Positions 9,574 through 19,492 of a DNA stretch of 64,000 nucleotides are shown here, piece after piece. Every line of letters starts with the position of its first letter. Position 1 is the stretch's first letter. The notes under the pieces are model-generated. The model did no database searches, had not been told where the DNA came from, and saw nothing but the letters and a program-made list of their open reading frames with translations. The translations under genes and the position numbers were made by a program. The DNA is from Algibacter sp. (GTDB lineage: Bacteria; Bacteroidota; Bacteroidia; Flavobacteriales; Flavobacteriaceae): NCBI GenBank assembly GCA_039985655.1, contig JBDWSF010000002.1, positions 54,047-118,046 of the forward strand, read 5' to 3'.

Positions 9574-11022
9574 ATGGGTTTTAATAAAACTTATGAGAAA
9601 GAATTAGCCTTTCAAGCAGATCGTCGAAGAGCTACTGTAGAGTTCATCAAAATTATAAGTGATCTTTGGTATGACAAGTCCATTGAACTTGTTCTTTTTA
9701 GAAATCAATTGATTGACAAAAACGTCAGTCAGATTCTAAATTTACACGAATATGCGGGTAAATTTGTTCAAAAACCCATTTCTATTTTTGATTCGGTAGA
9801 ATTAGCTCAAGCTATAAAAGCATTAGATTTTCCACCTGCAAAATTAGACATTGGAAAATTGACTTACGAGTTTCATTTAGAAGATAATACACATCATAAC
9901 GCCACCGCTTTTATAGCATCTAAATTAAGAGATGCAAATAAAAACGGTCATATAGAACCCAAAGATGTCATCCTTTATGGTTTTGGACGTATAGGTCGTT
10001 TAGTAGCCCGAGAATTGATGGCCAAAACGGGAAAAGGCAGTCAATTACGATTAAGAGCTATTGTAACTCGTGGGGAAATCACTGAGGAAATACTTGAAAA
10101 AAGAGCCTCATTATTACGTAACGACTCGGTACATGGCGATTTTTCGGGTACGGTCTCTATTAATCTTAAAAAGAGTGCGCTCATTATTAATGGCACAACA
10201 GTTAACATTATTTCGGCAAACGCTCCAGAAAATATCGATTATTCAAAATACGGCATTAATAAAGCTTTAGTAATAGATAATACTGGTGCTTTTCGAGATA
10301 AAAAAGCACTAAGTAGACATTTAAAAGCTAAAAGTGTACACAAAGTTTTATTAACGGCTCCAGGAAAAGAGATTCCTAATATTGTTTATGGTGTTAATCA
10401 TAAAGACAGCAATCCCGATAAAATCAGTGTTTTTTCGGCGGCATCCTGTACAACAAATGCCATTACACCTATTCTTAAAGCTATTGAAGATTCTTTTGGC
10501 GTAAAAAGCGGTCATTTAGAAACGATACATGCTTATACTAATGATCAGAATCTTGTTGACAATTTTCACGGTAAATATCGCCGTGGCAGAGCTGCAGGAT
10601 TGAATATGGTCATTACAGAAACTGGAGCAGGTAAGGCTGTTTCTAAAGCTTTACCAAGTTTAGAAGGTAAATTAACATCTAATGCCATTCGAGTTCCAGT
10701 TCCTAACGGATCTTTAGCCATTCTTAATTTGGAATTAGAAAAAGAAACATCACTTAACGGTATACATGCTATTATAAAAAAGTATGCCTTAGAAGGCGAT
10801 TTGGTCGAACAAATAAAATACGAATTAAGCGACGAGCTTGTTTCTAGCGATATTGTGGGTTGTTCTGCACCGTCTATATACGACAGCAAAGCTACTATAC
10901 TGCGCCCTGACAACAAGAATGTGGTACTATATATTTGGTATGATAACGAATACGGCTACAGCCATCAAGTTATACGATTAGCGAAATACATTGCGAAAGT
11001 TAGACGATATACCTATTATTAA
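9574..11022 (+). CDS. gap: glyceraldehyde-3-phosphate dehydrogenase, long (about 480 aa) form
   Basis: It has the NAD-binding GFGRIGR motif and the catalytic SCTTNA block, and the NEYGY block lies near the C-terminus. About 125 extra N-terminal residues precede the Rossmann fold. Confidence 0.85.
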   Translation: MGFNKTYEKELAFQADRRRATVEFIKIISDLWYDKSIELVLFRNQLIDKNVSQILNLHEYAGKFVQKPISIFDSVELAQAIKALDFPPAKLDIGKLTYEFHLEDNTHHNATAFIASKLRDANKNGHIEPKDVILYGFGRIGRLVARELMAKTGKGSQLRLRAIVTRGEITEEILEKRASLLRNDSVHGDFSGTVSINLKKSALIINGTTVNIISANAPENIDYSKYGINKALVIDNTGAFRDKKALSRHLKAKSVHKVLLTAPGKEIPNIVYGVNHKDSNPDKISVFSAASCTTNAITPILKAIEDSFGVKSGHLETIHAYTNDQNLVDNFHGKYRRGRAAGLNMVITETGAGKAVSKALPSLEGKLTSNAIRVPVPNGSLAILNLELEKETSLNGIHAIIKKYALEGDLVEQIKYELSDELVSSDIVGCSAPSIYDSKATILRPDNKNVVLYIWYDNEYGYSHQVIRLAKYIAKVRRYTYY

Positions 11023-11076
11023 TGGTTTATAATTTTAAGGTAACATCTAAAGTAATAAAACATTCGTATATAATTT

Positions 11077-11101
11077 AGCCTCATTTTTTTGAGGCTTTTT
11101 A
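11077..11101 (+). terminator. intrinsic terminator after gap
   Basis: AGCCTCA-loop-TGAGGCT followed by TTTTT. Confidence 0.7.
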
Positions 11102-11175
11102 TTAATTAGTCTTATTACTAAACAATATTTTATAAATTCGTAGCACCAAAACAACCAATTTTAAAAATAACCCAA

Positions 11176-11805
11176 ATGAATTCTATTAAATATACTACTA
11201 CCTTAATTGTTATTTTCCTATTCTCGTTTTCATCTTTTGCACAAACAGTACCTAAAGAAAAAACCGAAACACTTTCGCTAAATAGCGGAACCATAGATAG
11301 TCAGTTCGAATTTATTTTTAAAAAATCGGGAAACTTTAAAGGCACCAATGGAGCGGCTTACGAAGCTGTAAAACAATCGTGGTTATACACTTTAAAAGCA
11401 CATACTTTAGATTCTTTAAAAACAGTTCATAAAAATTTAAACGATACAAAGGCTATTGTTAAGTCTCAAGCTAAAGAGATTACCGATTTAAAATTAAATC
11501 TTTCAAATACGCAGAGCAGTTTAGATCAAACAAATGACGAAAAAAACAACATGGCTTTGTTTGGCATGCAGATGAGTAAAATAAATTACAATATGCTTAT
11601 GTGGAGCATTATTGGCAGTTTACTAGCATTACTTATTTTATTTATTTATAAATTTAAAAACAGTAATTCTACAACTAAAGATGCTAAACATGCACTCTCA
11701 GAAATAGAAGAAGAGTTTGATGAGCATAGAAAAACAGCTTTAGAACGCGAACAAAAAGTGAGACGTCAATTACAAGATGAAATAAATAAACAAAAAGGCG
11801 TATAA
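11176..11805 (+). CDS. hypothetical protein (signal peptide, coiled coil, one C-proximal TM helix)
   Basis: 209 aa with no recognisable catalytic motif. It has a signal-like N-terminus and the hydrophobic segment MLMWSIIGSLLALLILFIY. Confidence 0.5.
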   Translation: MNSIKYTTTLIVIFLFSFSSFAQTVPKEKTETLSLNSGTIDSQFEFIFKKSGNFKGTNGAAYEAVKQSWLYTLKAHTLDSLKTVHKNLNDTKAIVKSQAKEITDLKLNLSNTQSSLDQTNDEKNNMALFGMQMSKINYNMLMWSIIGSLLALLILFIYKFKNSNSTTKDAKHALSEIEEEFDEHRKTALEREQKVRRQLQDEINKQKGV

Positions 11806-11846
11806 CTGCAATCCTTTTTTATAATTTAAAAAGGCTGTTTAAAAAG

Positions 11847-12921
11847 TAAGTCATATTTGTCTAACTGAGCGCAGTCGAAGTTTTAATGTTTTGGAAACAA
11901 ATGCATTTCAGCTGCTCTACCATTGACGTTGTTTCATAGCTCTGCTAGTAATTGCATCCAATTATAATCTGTGATACTAGGTAATACGGTAACATCTTTT
12001 TCTTGTAATATCTCCAACAAATGCCTTCACATATTCTCTATATTTGGTTTGTGGTGTCGAATAGGTTTTCTAACTTTATTGTTTTTTGGTTGCCTAAATT
12101 CATCCTTATGCATCTCTTCTTTAAAACCTGCTCTAGTTTAATATCACAATTTGCAATCTGTTGTTGATAAAAACCGTAGCCATTTACAGCTTGTTCTAAG
12201 CTGAACAAACTAGATTCATTATAATGCTCCTTTAAGGATTTTATAACCCATTCTTTTTTTGTTTTAAGTATTCTTGAATCGCATAGCGAAGCTAGTTTCT
12301 CTGCACTTCTTTCTCCTGATAGTATGTCGTACAATACGCATACCACTTGCTCCGTGGATTTGACTAATAACTTCCTTTAAACGAATATTCATTAAAATCA
12401 ATGCCTTTTGTATATGGTTAATGTGCATAGCACTACTTCTAATATGGTCTTCTCGTAAGCGCTGATAAGTACGCAGTTCTTGTACCAAACTATCTGGTAT
12501 AAAACATTTGCTCAACAAACCATAACTGTGCAATTGTTGTATCCATTGGCTATCTTTCAGATCGGTCTTCCTATCTGGAACTTGCTTGGTACTCCTGCCA
12601 TCGACTAACCAAACATCAAAATTGTGAGATTCCAATATATCGTAGAGTATCACCCAATATACTCCCGTAGCCTCTCCATGGCAACGATTTCTATATTATG
12701 ACTTTTAAATAGTGTGGACAGCAGCTCTAAATCTTCAGTAAAAGTATCAAAGCTTTTTACGGGCTGGTTTTCAATACTCACGAAAAGCTTTTTTACTCCG
12801 ACATCGATCCCTGCTGAATGTAATCTGATTTTTTTCATGATTAATGAGTTAAACCAAATTGCTTTCAAAAAAGAAATTACGCTTGAAAGGCTACCATACG
12901 GACATCAAAGTTAAAAACCTG
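11847..12921 (-). pseudogene. IS110-family transposase relic (copy 1), frameshifted and deleted at the 3' end
   Basis: Three consecutive ORF fragments (12650-12868, 12264-12653, 12038-12346) together read MKKIRLHSAGIDVG...VAME(frameshift)...ILYDILESHNFDVWLVDGRSTKQVPDRKTDLKDSQWIQQLHSYGLL..., which is the IS110/DEDD N-terminal pattern. The element sits between the two arms of a hairpin (11833-11846 and 12922-12933). Confidence 0.8.
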
Positions 12922-12943
12922 CTTTTTAAACAGACGCTGTTCT

Positions 12944-14107
12944 TTATTTTGATGCAAACATTTTAACATCTGCTTCGTTAACCTCTTTTTCACCTAGAAT
13001 AATTAGGCGTTCTATGACATTACGGAGTTCTCTAATATTACCTGTCCAATCGTAATCTTGCAACAAACTTAAAGCTTTATCTGAAAAACTTTTTTGGACT
13101 GTACCTTGTTCGTCTGCTATTTTCTTAGTAAAATGCTTCACCAACATAGGTATATCTTCGCGTCTATCATTTAACGCTGGTACTTTTATCAAAATTACAG
13201 CAAGTCTATGGTATAAATCTTCACGAAATCTACCTTCTGCTATTTCCTTTTTTAGATCTTTATTTGTAGCGGCTACCACACGAACATTCACTTTAATATC
13301 CCTATCGCTACCAACACGCTGAATTCGACTTTCTTGCAATGCACGAAGTACTTTCGCTTGTGCCGATAAACTCATATCGCCTATTTCATCTAGAAAAATA
13401 GTTCCGCCATTAGCGGCTTCAAATTTACCTGCTCTATCTTTATTTGCGCTTGTAAAAGCACCTTTTACATGACCAAACAATTCACTTTCAATTAACTCGC
13501 TAGGTATCGCTGCGCAGTTTACTTCTATCATAGGCGCTTTTACACGATCACTCTTTTCGTGTAACCAATGTGCTACCAATTCTTTTCCTGTGCCATTTGG
13601 CCCAGTAATTAAAACCCTAGCATCTGTCGGCGCTACCTTATCTATAATGCCTTTAATTTGAGAGATAGAATCGCTCTCTCCTATCATTTCATACTTTTTA
13701 CTGACTTTCTTTTTAAGAATTTTATTTTCTATAACCAGCTCTTTTCTATCTAAAGCATTTCGAACGGTATTTAAAAGTCGATTTAAATCTGGTGGTTTAG
13801 ATATATAATCGAAAGCTCCTAAACGCATCGTGTTTACTGCGGTGTCTAGATCGCCATGACCAGAAATCATTACAATTGGCGTTTCTGGTTTTATTTTCCT
13901 AGTAGCTTCTAACACCTCAACACCATCCATTTTCGGCATTTTAATATCGCACAATACTAAATCGTAATCTTCCTTTTTAATTTTATCCATTCCAGTTAAA
14001 CCATCCTCCGCTTCTTCTACTTGGTAAGTATCATTTTCTTCAGATAAAATCTTAACCAACACGCGACGAATCGCTGCTTCATCTTCAATTATTAATATTT
14101 TCGGCAT
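12944..14107 (-). CDS. sigma-54-dependent response regulator (REC + AAA+ domain, no obvious C-terminal HTH)
   Basis: 387 aa. It has a REC domain (DLVLCDIKMPKMDG), Walker A (GPNGTGKE), the GAFTSA and ESELFGH motifs and the NIRELRN block. The protein ends about 25 aa after that block. Confidence 0.85.
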   Translation of the reverse strand: MPKILIIEDEAAIRRVLVKILSEENDTYQVEEAEDGLTGMDKIKKEDYDLVLCDIKMPKMDGVEVLEATRKIKPETPIVMISGHGDLDTAVNTMRLGAFDYISKPPDLNRLLNTVRNALDRKELVIENKILKKKVSKKYEMIGESDSISQIKGIIDKVAPTDARVLITGPNGTGKELVAHWLHEKSDRVKAPMIEVNCAAIPSELIESELFGHVKGAFTSANKDRAGKFEAANGGTIFLDEIGDMSLSAQAKVLRALQESRIQRVGSDRDIKVNVRVVAATNKDLKKEIAEGRFREDLYHRLAVILIKVPALNDRREDIPMLVKHFTKKIADEQGTVQKSFSDKALSLLQDYDWTGNIRELRNVIERLIILGEKEVNEADVKMFASK

Positions 14108-14111
14108 ATTC

Positions 14112-14939
14112 TTATTTATTTATAATATGTATATCTCTTTGTGGAAAAGGGATTTGAATATTATTTTCGTTAAAAACTTTATGTATTCTGTAACGTAAAT
14201 CACTTTTAATAACCAATACGTTAAAACTATCACTAATATAAAAATGCAATTTAAACTTTAGTGCGCTATCTCCAAAATCTTCAAAAAACACGGTAGGCCT
14301 CGGATCGTTTAAAATAGCATCTTCTTGCATTGCAATTCCCAACAGTAATGCTTTAACTAAATCAACATCTGTACCATAAGCTACACCAACATCAACAAAC
14401 TCTCTAGTCACTTCGTTATTCTGCGTCCAATTATACAAAATTTCACTTAAAAATTTATGATTGGGTATCACAAGCATCTTATCATCATTAGTAATCGCTT
14501 TGGTTGTTCTAAGTCCAACCTCTGTAATTTTACCTACTTTTTTATCTATTTCAATAATATCATTAACGGTTACTGTTCTATCAACCAGAATAAAAACCCC
14601 AGAAATAATATCTTGAAAGAGTTTTTGCATCCCTAAACCAATACCAACAAATAAAGCTGTAGAGGCTGCTAAAAGGGCTGTTATTTTAACTCCGGAAGCA
14701 TCTAATGCGCCTACAATAACTATCGAAAAAATAATGTACTTAATAAAGGTAAACACCGTTTTAAATCGATATTTATCTTCTTCATGAAGTTTTCTAGTTG
14801 CTAAACCTCTAACTAGTCGGAGTACAATATGCGTAATTAACAAAACGCCTATTAATATCGCTATAGTGCCTACAGTAATTCTAATATCTTTATCATTACT
14901 ATAAAGCACTTGATCAAAAAAATCTTGAAATGTCTCCAT
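14112..14939 (-). CDS. mechanosensitive ion channel (MscS family)
   Basis: 275 aa with three N-terminal TM helices. These are followed by the MscS beta-domain pattern (DIISGVFILVDRTVTVNDIIEI...GKITEVGLRTT). Confidence 0.8.
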   Translation of the reverse strand: METFQDFFDQVLYSNDKDIRITVGTIAILIGVLLITHIVLRLVRGLATRKLHEEDKYRFKTVFTFIKYIIFSIVIVGALDASGVKITALLAASTALFVGIGLGMQKLFQDIISGVFILVDRTVTVNDIIEIDKKVGKITEVGLRTTKAITNDDKMLVIPNHKFLSEILYNWTQNNEVTREFVDVGVAYGTDVDLVKALLLGIAMQEDAILNDPRPTVFFEDFGDSALKFKLHFYISDSFNVLVIKSDLRYRIHKVFNENNIQIPFPQRDIHIINK

Positions 14940-14943
14940 TATA

Positions 14944-16257
14944 TTAATACTTTATCCATTTAATAATTTCCTTAAAACTAGCCTTTTTACCATACATTAA
15001 AATACCTACTCTATAAATTTTTGCAGCAAACCAAACGGTTCCTATAAATGTACCAATTAATATTAATAAAGATACTAATTGTTGCCAAAGTGGAACTCCG
15101 AACGGGATACGCATTAACATAACAATAGGCGATGTGAATGGAATAAAAGAAAACACTGTAGAAACCGTACCGTGCGGATCTTCTATAACCGTAAAAACAC
15201 CAACATAGAATGCAAGCATTAAAGGCAGTATTACGACAGGCATAAATTGCTGTGTATCAGTTTCGTTATCTACGGCAGCGCCTATAGCAGCATATACTGA
15301 ACTATACAATAAATAGCCTGCTATAAAGAATAATAAAAAAGCGAAAATAAGATTTATTAGAGGCAGACTTTTAACGGCCCATATGATATTCTGAATTTCA
15401 AAATCACCACTAGAGTCCGCCATACCTTGTTCTAATAATTGCTGTTGTGGTGCTTCCATTTGAGACATATCAAAGCCAAAAATAAACGGAACGATAAATA
15501 ACAACACACTTAAAAGAATAGACCAAATTGTAAATTGAGTAACACCAGCTAAAGATGTTCCGATAATTTTACCCAACATTAACTGTATTGGCTTTACGGA
15601 TGATATAATGACTTCTATAATACGGCTTGTTTTTTCTTCGATAACACTTCGCATGATCATATTACCATAAATAACAATAAACATTAATAGCAAATAGCCC
15701 ATTAATACACCGAATGCTAAATTGACATAGCCTTCCATTTCTGAGGTTTTTTCGCCTTCAAAATTTTCTTGAAGAATAGTAACTTCTATTTCAGAACCTT
15801 TTAGTTTCTCGATATCAATACCACTATTTATTCTGTTTCTGTTTGTAAGCTCGGCTTGAATTTTATTTTTTAAATCTGAAATAACATTTACTGATGGCGA
15901 TGATTCAGAATAAAACCTAATATGCTTAGATACAGCATGTATATCGGTGGCTTTTTCTATATGCAATAGCCCATAACTTTCGGCTTCAACAACCAAAACT
16001 TGTGCTTCTTCCAAAGTCATATTTTGCAATTTATGATAGGTTATATTATCTGTGTTTTCAAACACATCTAATAACATTCCCGAATCATCTAAAACAGAAA
16101 TAGTTCTAACTTCATCGTTATTCATTTGCGACAGATACGCCACAACACACATAAGTGCAATCATTATAATCGGACTTAAAAAAGTCATAATAATGAACGA
16201 CTTATTTCTAACTTTCGTTAAATATTCGCGTTTTATTATAAGTGGTAAATGATTCAT
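14944..16257 (-). CDS. ABC-2 type transporter permease (NatB-like)
   Basis: 437 aa. It has one N-terminal TM helix, a large extracytoplasmic loop and five or six C-terminal TM helices. It is adjacent to an ABC ATPase. Confidence 0.8.
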   Translation of the reverse strand: MNHLPLIIKREYLTKVRNKSFIIMTFLSPIIMIALMCVVAYLSQMNNDEVRTISVLDDSGMLLDVFENTDNITYHKLQNMTLEEAQVLVVEAESYGLLHIEKATDIHAVSKHIRFYSESSPSVNVISDLKNKIQAELTNRNRINSGIDIEKLKGSEIEVTILQENFEGEKTSEMEGYVNLAFGVLMGYLLLMFIVIYGNMIMRSVIEEKTSRIIEVIISSVKPIQLMLGKIIGTSLAGVTQFTIWSILLSVLLFIVPFIFGFDMSQMEAPQQQLLEQGMADSSGDFEIQNIIWAVKSLPLINLIFAFLLFFIAGYLLYSSVYAAIGAAVDNETDTQQFMPVVILPLMLAFYVGVFTVIEDPHGTVSTVFSFIPFTSPIVMLMRIPFGVPLWQQLVSLLILIGTFIGTVWFAAKIYRVGILMYGKKASFKEIIKWIKY

Positions 16258-16294
16258 AAAATAAATAATTTTTAATTCTAAAATTCTGTATTTT

Positions 16295-16320
16295 AGATTC
16301 CCGCCTTCTCGGGAATGACA
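16295..16320. repeat. short palindromic intergenic repeat (AGATTCCnG...nGGAATGACA family), copy 1
   Basis: AGATTCCCGCCTTCTCGGGAATGACA. A closely related 26-mer with similar flanks occurs at 50655-50680. Confidence 0.6.
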
Positions 16321-16366
16321 ATTTCAACGGTAACTCGGAGACAAAATCTCAGAGAATTCTTTTCAA

Positions 16367-17293
16367 CTAATTATTCTTAACCGTTTGAATAAAAATATCG
16401 TTTACACTTGGTATTAATTCTACAAAGTGAGATACGTCTCCTTTTGATGTTAAATACTGAAGTAAATCGTTAGGTTTTTCGGATTCTGAAAGTTTAATAT
16501 TCAACTTTAATTCTCCGCCTAACGTTTTAAAATTAGCTGGGGATGTTTCAAATTTTTGAATGATATCCTGTTGAAGACTATCTATTTCATTTGATGAAAT
16601 ACCAACCTCGTAAATATTTGTTTTAAACTGACGTTTGATATCAATTAGTTTTCCATCAAGAATCTTATTCGATTTGTTGATTAAAGTGATATCATCACAT
16701 AATTCTTCAACAGATTCCATTCTATGCGTCGAAAAAATTACGGTAGCTCCATCTTCTCGCAAACGTAAAATTTCGTCTTTAATTAAATTCGCATTTATGG
16801 GATCGAAGCCAGAAAAAGGCTCATCAAAAATCAATAACTTAGGTTCATGTAATACGGTTACAACAAACTGTATTTTTTGCGCCATACCTTTGGATAGTTC
16901 TTGGATTTTCTTATTCCACCAATCCCCTATTTCCAATCGCTCAAACCAATATTTTAATCGCGTTTTCGCTTCGCTTTTACTTAAGCCTTTTAATTGTGCT
17001 AAATACAAAGCCTGTTCACCTACTTTCATCGACTTATATAAACCGCGCTCTTCGGGTAAATAACCAATATCTTTAATATGTTTTTCCTGAAGCGGTTCGC
17101 CATCTAAAAGTACAGAACCTGTATCGGGCATTGTTATTTGATTTACAACTCTTATAAGTGTGGTTTTCCCTGCACCGTTAGGTCCTAAAAGTCCGTATAT
17201 ACTTCCTTTTGGCACAGATAAAGACACATTATTAAGGGCTGTAAAGTCACCGAATTTCTTAGAAACCCCATTAACCTCTAGTAAGTTACTCAT
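16367..17293 (-). CDS. ABC transporter ATP-binding protein (NatA-like)
   Basis: 308 aa. It has Walker A (GPNGAGKTT), the signature motif LSKGMAQK and Walker B (LLIFDEP). Confidence 0.9.
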   Translation of the reverse strand: MSNLLEVNGVSKKFGDFTALNNVSLSVPKGSIYGLLGPNGAGKTTLIRVVNQITMPDTGSVLLDGEPLQEKHIKDIGYLPEERGLYKSMKVGEQALYLAQLKGLSKSEAKTRLKYWFERLEIGDWWNKKIQELSKGMAQKIQFVVTVLHEPKLLIFDEPFSGFDPINANLIKDEILRLREDGATVIFSTHRMESVEELCDDITLINKSNKILDGKLIDIKRQFKTNIYEVGISSNEIDSLQQDIIQKFETSPANFKTLGGELKLNIKLSESEKPNDLLQYLTSKGDVSHFVELIPSVNDIFIQTVKNN

Positions 17294-17587
17294 GCTTGTT
17301 TTTTAATGTACTAGTTTGCGTAAATATATTAAATGTGAACGATAGAAATTGAATGCTTTATGTATAATTTAAGAAATAAAATGAGATCTATTAATTCATC
17401 AGATTGTGTTAAACTAATCCATTTTAAATTAGAGTGTCACTAAAAACAAAACCCACCCTCAAAAAAATTAAGGATGGGAAAAAAATTGCTATGAAAAAGA
17501 AAAATTATCACTAAAATAAATTTAGTGATATCCAAATATAGTTTTTTTTTCTTAAATATTATAAAAACATCATAATAAGTTTTTAGC

Positions 17588-17612
17588 ATAAAAAATCCGT
17601 ATTTATACGGAT
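17588..17612 (-). terminator. intrinsic terminator of dnaJ
   Basis: The hairpin ATCCGTAT-TT-ATACGGAT (17595-17612) is followed on the minus strand by a T-run. It lies about 25 nt after the dnaJ stop. Confidence 0.75.
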
Positions 17613-17635
17613 TCTTTAATTTAAGACTGTTTTTA

Positions 17636-18763
17636 TTACGAAAACATATCTTTTACTTTTTCAAAAAACGATTTATCTGAGCTTTCTGGCTTAGGCTCAA
17701 AATGCTCGTCATCTCTCATATTTTCAAAAAACTCTTTCTGTTGTTTACTTAATGTTTTTGGTGTCCAAACATTTACATGTACTAGTAAATCGCCTCGTCC
17801 ATACCCATTAATGCTTGGTATTCCTTTTCCGCGTAAGCGTAAAATTTTACCTGACTGTACACCTGCTTCTACCTTAATACGTACTTTACCTGTTACGGTA
17901 TCTATTTCTTTAGATGTTCCAAGTACAGCGTCTGGTAAACTTACATACAAATCGTAATGTAAATTATCACCTTCGCGTTGTAATTTATCGTGTTCAATTT
18001 CTTCAATAGCGACTAAAAGATCTCCTGAAATACCATTTCCTGGTGCTTCGTTTCCTTTACCAGAAACTTTAAGTTGCATCCCATCAACAACACCCGCAGG
18101 TATTTTAATAGATACTGTTTCTTCTGCTACTTTTAAACCTTGAGCATCTGCATCACTTGGTTTTTTATCTATAGTTTGTCCTGCGCCTCCACACACATTA
18201 CATGGTGCAGCTGTTTGCATTCTACCTAAAATGGTATTTGCAATACGTGTTACTTGACCACTACCACCACATGTAGAACATGTTTTATATGTAGTACCTG
18301 GTGCTTGAACTTTACGTTTTACTTTTATTTTTTTCTCGACACCGTTAGCAATTTCTTCTAAAGTCAGTTTTACGCGAATACGTAAATTACTGCCTTTAAC
18401 ACGACGTTGGCCTCCGCCACCGCCAAAACCACCACCAAAGCCGCCACCGCCGCCACCAAAGATATCTCCAAACTGACTGAATATGTCATCCATATTCATT
18501 CCGCCACCTCCGAAACCACCGCCGCCTCCGCCGCCGTTTTCGAATGCTTGGTGACCATATTGGTCGTAACGCGCTTTTTTATTATCGTCGCTTAAAATTT
18601 CGTAAGCTTCTGCCGCTTCCTTAAATTTAGCTTCTGCTCCTTTATCATCTGGATTTTTATCTGGATGAAATTGAATTGCCTTTTTGCGGTAAGCTTTCTT
18701 TATTTCTGCTGCACCAGCACCTTTGCTAATACCTAATATGTCGTAAAAATCTCTTTTGGCCAT
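17636..18763 (-). CDS. dnaJ: molecular chaperone DnaJ
   Basis: It has a J domain with HPDKN, a G/F-rich region, four CxxCxGxG zinc-finger repeats and a C-terminal substrate-binding domain. Confidence 0.97.
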   Translation of the reverse strand: MAKRDFYDILGISKGAGAAEIKKAYRKKAIQFHPDKNPDDKGAEAKFKEAAEAYEILSDDNKKARYDQYGHQAFENGGGGGGGFGGGGMNMDDIFSQFGDIFGGGGGGFGGGFGGGGGQRRVKGSNLRIRVKLTLEEIANGVEKKIKVKRKVQAPGTTYKTCSTCGGSGQVTRIANTILGRMQTAAPCNVCGGAGQTIDKKPSDADAQGLKVAEETVSIKIPAGVVDGMQLKVSGKGNEAPGNGISGDLLVAIEEIEHDKLQREGDNLHYDLYVSLPDAVLGTSKEIDTVTGKVRIKVEAGVQSGKILRLRGKGIPSINGYGRGDLLVHVNVWTPKTLSKQQKEFFENMRDDEHFEPKPESSDKSFFEKVKDMFS

Positions 18764-18772
18764 GTTTTTGGT

Positions 18773-19333
18773 TTATTGTCCGATTACTACTTTTGGAAAA
18801 CGAATTACTTTTTCTCCTAAAACGTAACCTTTTTCAACTATATCAATAATTTTTCCTTTCATATCTTCAGTAGGTGCAGATATTTGTGTAATAGCTTCAT
18901 GATCATCAGCATTAAACACGGCTCCTTTTTCAACTTTCATTACAGATAATCCTTTTTGCTCTAAAGTGGTAACCAATTTTTGGTAAATTAACAACACGCC
19001 TTTACGCAATTCTTCGGCTTCTTTATCATCTTCAATATGCGTTAAAGCACGCTCGAAATCATCAAGAACTGGTAACATGGATACCATGACGTCTTGACTT
19101 GCTGTTTTAAACAATTCTACACGCTCTCTAGATGTTCGCTTTTTATAATTTTCAAATTCAGCAAAAAGTCTTAAAAACTTATCTTTTTCTTGCTTTACTT
19201 CCTCTTGTAATTTTTCTTCGGCAGTAAGCGCTTCGACTTCTTCCTCTATTTGCTCTTCAACTTCTACAGTTTCAGTTTGTGCAGTATCTACCTGCTCACT
19301 TTCAATATCGTTATTTTTATCTTTTTTACTCAT
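18773..19333 (-). CDS. grpE: nucleotide exchange factor GrpE
   Basis: It has an acidic N-terminus and the FENYKKR and DDHEA blocks. The listed start at 19354 is a TTG, so I used the ATG at 19333 (MSKKDKN). Confidence 0.93.
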   Translation of the reverse strand: MSKKDKNNDIESEQVDTAQTETVEVEEQIEEEVEALTAEEKLQEEVKQEKDKFLRLFAEFENYKKRTSRERVELFKTASQDVMVSMLPVLDDFERALTHIEDDKEAEELRKGVLLIYQKLVTTLEQKGLSVMKVEKGAVFNADDHEAITQISAPTEDMKGKIIDIVEKGYVLGEKVIRFPKVVIGQ

Positions 19334-19492
19334 CGTAAATTTTAATTTATCCAAATACTAAAAATTAGTTGGCAAAAGTACTGCCATTATTATAAAAATG
19401 TCATAATGTCATTAAATAATTTTAATATTATTTTAAGTGAATACTAATAGTATTTATCTAAATTTATACGATAATAAACAAAACTCATAAAA

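Noticed and set aside
18400-18560. A GGN-rich repetitive DNA stretch that could be mistaken for a tandem repeat or low-complexity element.
   Set aside because: It encodes the glycine/phenylalanine-rich linker of DnaJ ([11 protein letters not shown]...), a normal feature of the protein.
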